Assembly: GCF_021028975.2 (NCBI RefSeq)
Contig: NC_059428.1
Span: 8,432,001-8,496,000, forward strand
DNA: 64,000 bases
Origin: Sphaerodactylus townsendi
Lineage: Eukaryota
Direction of reading: 5' to 3'
In this document: piece after piece, positions 60,701-64,000 of the stretch
Layout: the number at the start of each line of letters is the position of its first letter
Numbering within the stretch: position 1 is the stretch's first letter
Position numbers and translations under genes: made by a program
Notes under the pieces: model-generated
Databases searched by the model: none
Told to the model about the DNA's origin: nothing
What the model saw: only the letters and a program-made list of their open reading frames with translations

Positions 60701-62243
60701 GCGGGCCTGCCCTTTCCCTTTGCTCCTGACTGCGGGCTGGAAGACACCTCCGGCCTGCTGCACCCGGCCCCCATCACTTTGCAAGAGCTGCAGAGGAGCG
60801 CGGGGGCGGTGGGCAGCGTGCTCTCGCTGGAGGAGGCCCCCCATGCCAGCTGCCTGGGCCTCATGGCGCTTTCCATAGCCACAGACGTGCCCACGGAATA
60901 TTTGCCCTGTCCGGCACTGGAAGAGGAGCCCGTCGTCGTGGCAGCACAGTAAGGGCCTGGCTAGGCGGGGGTCGGCCGGCTGCCCAAGCGGGAAGGGGTT
61001 TTCCCCCTGCCCCAGAGGCCCTTCCGACGCGTCTTTCTGCTTTGTGGCAGGCTGCCTTTGGAGCCGTGCCCAGCAGCCCCTCGGGCCCTGCGTGAGAAGG
61101 TGGCGCCCGCGGCAGGCGAGGGCCCGCCCATGACAGGTCTGCAGGCCGTGGAGGTCTTTGTTAGGAACCGGCAGGCGAGGCAAATGCGCTTCTTGTACCT
61201 GAACGTGGCCTCCAGCCGGCACTTCAGGTAGCTCCACCTCCTGCCGTGACCTCCCCCCTCTGGGGGTGTGCAGGGAGAGCGCCCCCCGACCGCTGCTTTC
61301 CTGGGCTGGCAGAGGAGCTTCCCTCTTTGAGGACAGTCGGCCTCCGTGGACTGCTCTGACACTCTGCAGCTCTCCAGCCCGGGTGATTTCCACAAGTGGT
61401 CCTTTTTGTGGCTGCCCGTGGCCCTTGGAGATGCCCGGGACAGGAGGACCGGACGGGTGCCTGCTTGTGACTGAGCCGGGGGCTCCCTTGGGGAGAGGGT
61501 GGGGGGAGAGGTGCGGTCCTTTCCCCACTTCTCGCTTGCTCAGCCTGAGCTCGTCTCGTCGGCAGGCCCTACGACCTGGTGGTGGTTCCGAAGAGGCTGG
61601 CTGCCCCCCACCACTACGTCTTCTCCCCCTTTGGGGTGCTGCACGTCCACCCCGAGGAGGGCACGGAGGCCCTGGCGCTGGGCGCCTGGCACCGGCAGGC
61701 CATGCTGTGGCAGCTACTGCAGCACATCCCCTTCTTCCGCCTCTTCCTGGTCCGCAAGGCCTTCCTCCGGTGAGGCCTCCTGCTGGGGCGCCTGGGGTGG
61801 GGGCGGGGGCGGTGGTGGGGCTCCGTCTCACGGGAGGTTCTTTGGTGCCCCCCAGCTGGGCCTGCCACGTGAAGCACCTTTGCCGCCTGAAGCACCGGGA
61901 GATGCTGGGCTCCGAGCTGCTCCACGCAGTGCCCCACTTTGGAGCCGCCTTGCTGCACATTTCCAGGTGAGGGGCGTGGGGGCCCTGGGCCTGCCAGGCT
62001 CTCGGGGTGGGTGGGGCAGCGGGTGTGTGTGTGTGTGTGTGGCTCCTCCCCCAGCAGCCTGCTTCCTGCCTCCCTGTCGCTTGCAGGCTCTTGCAGGAGA
62101 TGCGGACTGCCCACTGGCTGCCCCAGAGCGCTGCCAAGTGCTGGAGCTTTGCGGAGCTCGAGTGGGCTCTTTCCCAGGAGAACAGCCACGCCCAAGACTT
62201 GCTCCACAGGTTCCTCACCCTCTCCTCCTCCATCCTGGAGCTG
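59848..62243 (+). CDS. DNHD1: Dynein heavy chain domain-containing 1, first six coding exons; continues beyond the window
   Basis: Exons 59848-59878, 60249-60948, 61051-61227, 61566-61769, 61856-61966 and 62087-62243, all phase-compatible. Motifs: LDVLGAVGQAFP, FLYLNVASSRHFRPYDLVVVP, HYVFSPFGVLHVHPEEG, LWQLLQHIPFF, AVPHFGAALLHISRLLQE. Lies next to TIMM10B as in human. Confidence 0.9.
60249..60948 (+). CDS. DNHD1: DNHD1 exon 2
   Basis: Corresponds to ORF 60152-60952; ctccgcag acceptor, CA|gtaagg donor. Confidence 0.88.
61051..61227 (+). CDS. DNHD1: DNHD1 exon 3
   Basis: ...MTGLQAVEVFVRNRQARQMRFLYLNVASSRHF. Confidence 0.88.
61566..61769 (+). CDS. DNHD1: DNHD1 exon 4
   Basis: PYDLVVVPKRLAAPHHYVFSPFGVLHVHPEEG...RKAFL. 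Confidence 0.9.
61856..61966 (+). CDS. DNHD1: DNHD1 exon 5
   Basis: WACHVK...AVPHFGAALLHIS. Confidence 0.9.
62087..62243 (+). CDS. DNHD1: DNHD1 exon 6
   Basis: LLQEMRTAHWLPQ...LTLSSSILEL|gtaagg. Confidence 0.88.
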
Positions 62244-62775
62244 GTAAGGATGGCAGCAGCCAAGAGTGGGTCTGCAAGGGTGGGGGTGGCGGTGGGGGCG
62301 GTGTGGCCAGACCCACTCCGACCAGGTGGGAGGGAGCAGCAGGGGGCTCCCTCCCTGGGACGGGGCTTTTTCGGTCGTGGCCTCACTTGTACAGGCTGCC
62401 CTTCCTCAAGACGTGTGCCTGGCCGGCCCCAACTTCACTTTCTGCTCCAGATGCAGGCCGCTCTGTTCCACTGGTTTCTCCTGCTTGGTTGTGGGGTGGT
62501 GTCGCTGCCCTGTGGGGGTGGGGGTGCAGAGAGTTGGGCTGGTTTGTGGCACTTGGAAAGAAAGAACTGCCCAGAATTCTGGGGTGCCTCAGATATAATC
62601 CCAGGCAGCGCTCTGTTCTTTGTGGCGCTGCTGTTTGTAATATTTTGTGTTTTGGCTCTGTCACTGCTGCTATTAGTAATGGGTGGTGAAATATTCCTGT
62701 GGGGTTTTTTTGTATTAGAACTGTTGGTTCTTTAATGGTGGCTGTAAGAGATCGATATCTCTTACAGCCACCATT

Positions 62776-63010
62776 GGGGCTTGGACAGATTTATGGAGGA
62801 GGAGTCGATCTATGGCTCCCAATCTCGATCCTCTTTGATCTGAGGTTCCAAATGCCTTAGCAGACCAGGTGCTCGGGAGCAGCAGCAGCAGCAGAAGGCC
62901 GTTGCTTTCACCTCCTGCACGTGAGCTCCCAAAGGCACCTGGTGGGCCACTGCGAGTAGCAGAGTGCTGGACTAGATGGACTCTGGTCTGATCCAGCAGG
63001 CTCTTTCTTA
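62776..63010 (+). mobile_element. 5'-truncated CR1 3' end; its tail resumes at 63658
   Basis: Same family as 16338 and 16960. Confidence 0.85.
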
Positions 63011-63657
63011 GAATAGAATCTTTATTGGCCAAGTGTGATTGGACACACAAGGAATTTGTCTCCGGTGCATATGCTCTCAGTGTACATAAAAGAAAAATAC
63101 ATTTGTCAAGAATCATAAGGTACAACACTTAATGATTGTCATATAGGTCTAGTAAGCATCAGGAAACAATCAATAGTAATGAAAACATAAAATGTAAAAT
63201 CATGAAATAAAATGAATGAAATGTATGAAATGTCAGCACAGGCTATAGTCATACAGTCATAAGTGGGAGGAGATAGATAATAGGAATAATGAAAAAAGTA
63301 GTGCAGTAATTATATAATAAATATATAATAAATAGTTTGACATTATCGAGAGAATTATTTGTTTAGCAGAGTGATGGCATTCGGGAAAAAACTGTTCTTA
63401 TGTCTAGTTGTCTTGGTGTGCAGTGCTCTGTAGCGACGTTTAGAGGGTAAGAGTTGAAACAGTTTATGTCCAGGATGCGAGGGGTCAGTAAATATTTTCA
63501 CAGCCCTTTTTTTGACCCGTGCAATATACAGGTCCTCAATGGAAGGCAGGTTAGCAGCAATTGTTTTTTCTGCAGTTCTGATTATTCTCTGAAGTCTGTG
63601 TCGATCTTGTTGGGTTGCAGAACCAAACCACACAGTTATAGAGGTGCAGATGACAGA
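63011..63657 (-). mobile_element. Rex1/Babar LINE 3' end
   Basis: WFGSATQQDRHRLQRIIRTAEK...DPSHPGHKLFQLLPSKRRYR...SFFPNAITLLN; (TTCTA)n tail. Confidence 0.88.
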
Positions 63658-64000
63658 CTTATGTTCTTATGATAGATTATGTTTTTAATTTGGCATACTT
63701 AGACTGTGGGAGATTTGCCTTGGCAGTAGTACGTGCGAAAAGGATCTAGCTAGTATACTCTGAACATGTGTCAGTAGCGGTAGCTAAAAAGACAAATGCT
63801 ATTTTGGGCCACAACACAAGTGTAGGGTCCAGATCGTTCAAAGTGGCTGATATCACTGTAGTCTGTTCTGGCTGGACCTCCATTGGAGTACCGTGTTCAA
63901 GTTTCACACATAGCAGTTTAAGAAGGATGTTGACAAACTGGAACATGTCCACAGGTGGGCAGCAAAGATGGTCAGGTGATAAGGATTATAAGAATTTGCT

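Noticed and set aside
60224-62386. 720-aa minus-strand ORF
   Set aside because: Antisense shadow of GC-rich DNHD1 exons and introns.

Overview
GC-rich vertebrate genomic DNA. The repeat set (tRNA-SINEs, CR1, L2, Rex1, RTE, Penelope, hAT MITEs) suggests a squamate reptile, most likely a gecko. Five spliced protein-coding genes can be reconstructed by hand from splice sites: TRIM3 (5' half, minus), an intact 10-exon FHDC1-like formin (minus, 615 aa), ARFIP2 (minus, several exons indel-riddled, probably assembly noise near an N-gap), TIMM10B (plus, head-to-head with ARFIP2) and the 5' end of DNHD1 (plus). The order matches human 11p15.4 (TRIM3-ARFIP2-TIMM10B-DNHD1), except for the extra formin between ARFIP2 and TRIM3. 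That arrangement mirrors human 4q31.3 (ARFIP1-FHDC1-TRIM2), so the formin is probably a retained whole-genome-duplication paralogue of FHDC1 that humans lack. Introns and intergenic DNA hold a full-length Gypsy LTR element, Penelope remnants with decayed hammerhead cores, palindromic hAT MITEs and nested insertions. Most long ORFs in the supplied track are artefacts of high GC. Gene identities and human comparisons come from recalled sequences, not database searches.
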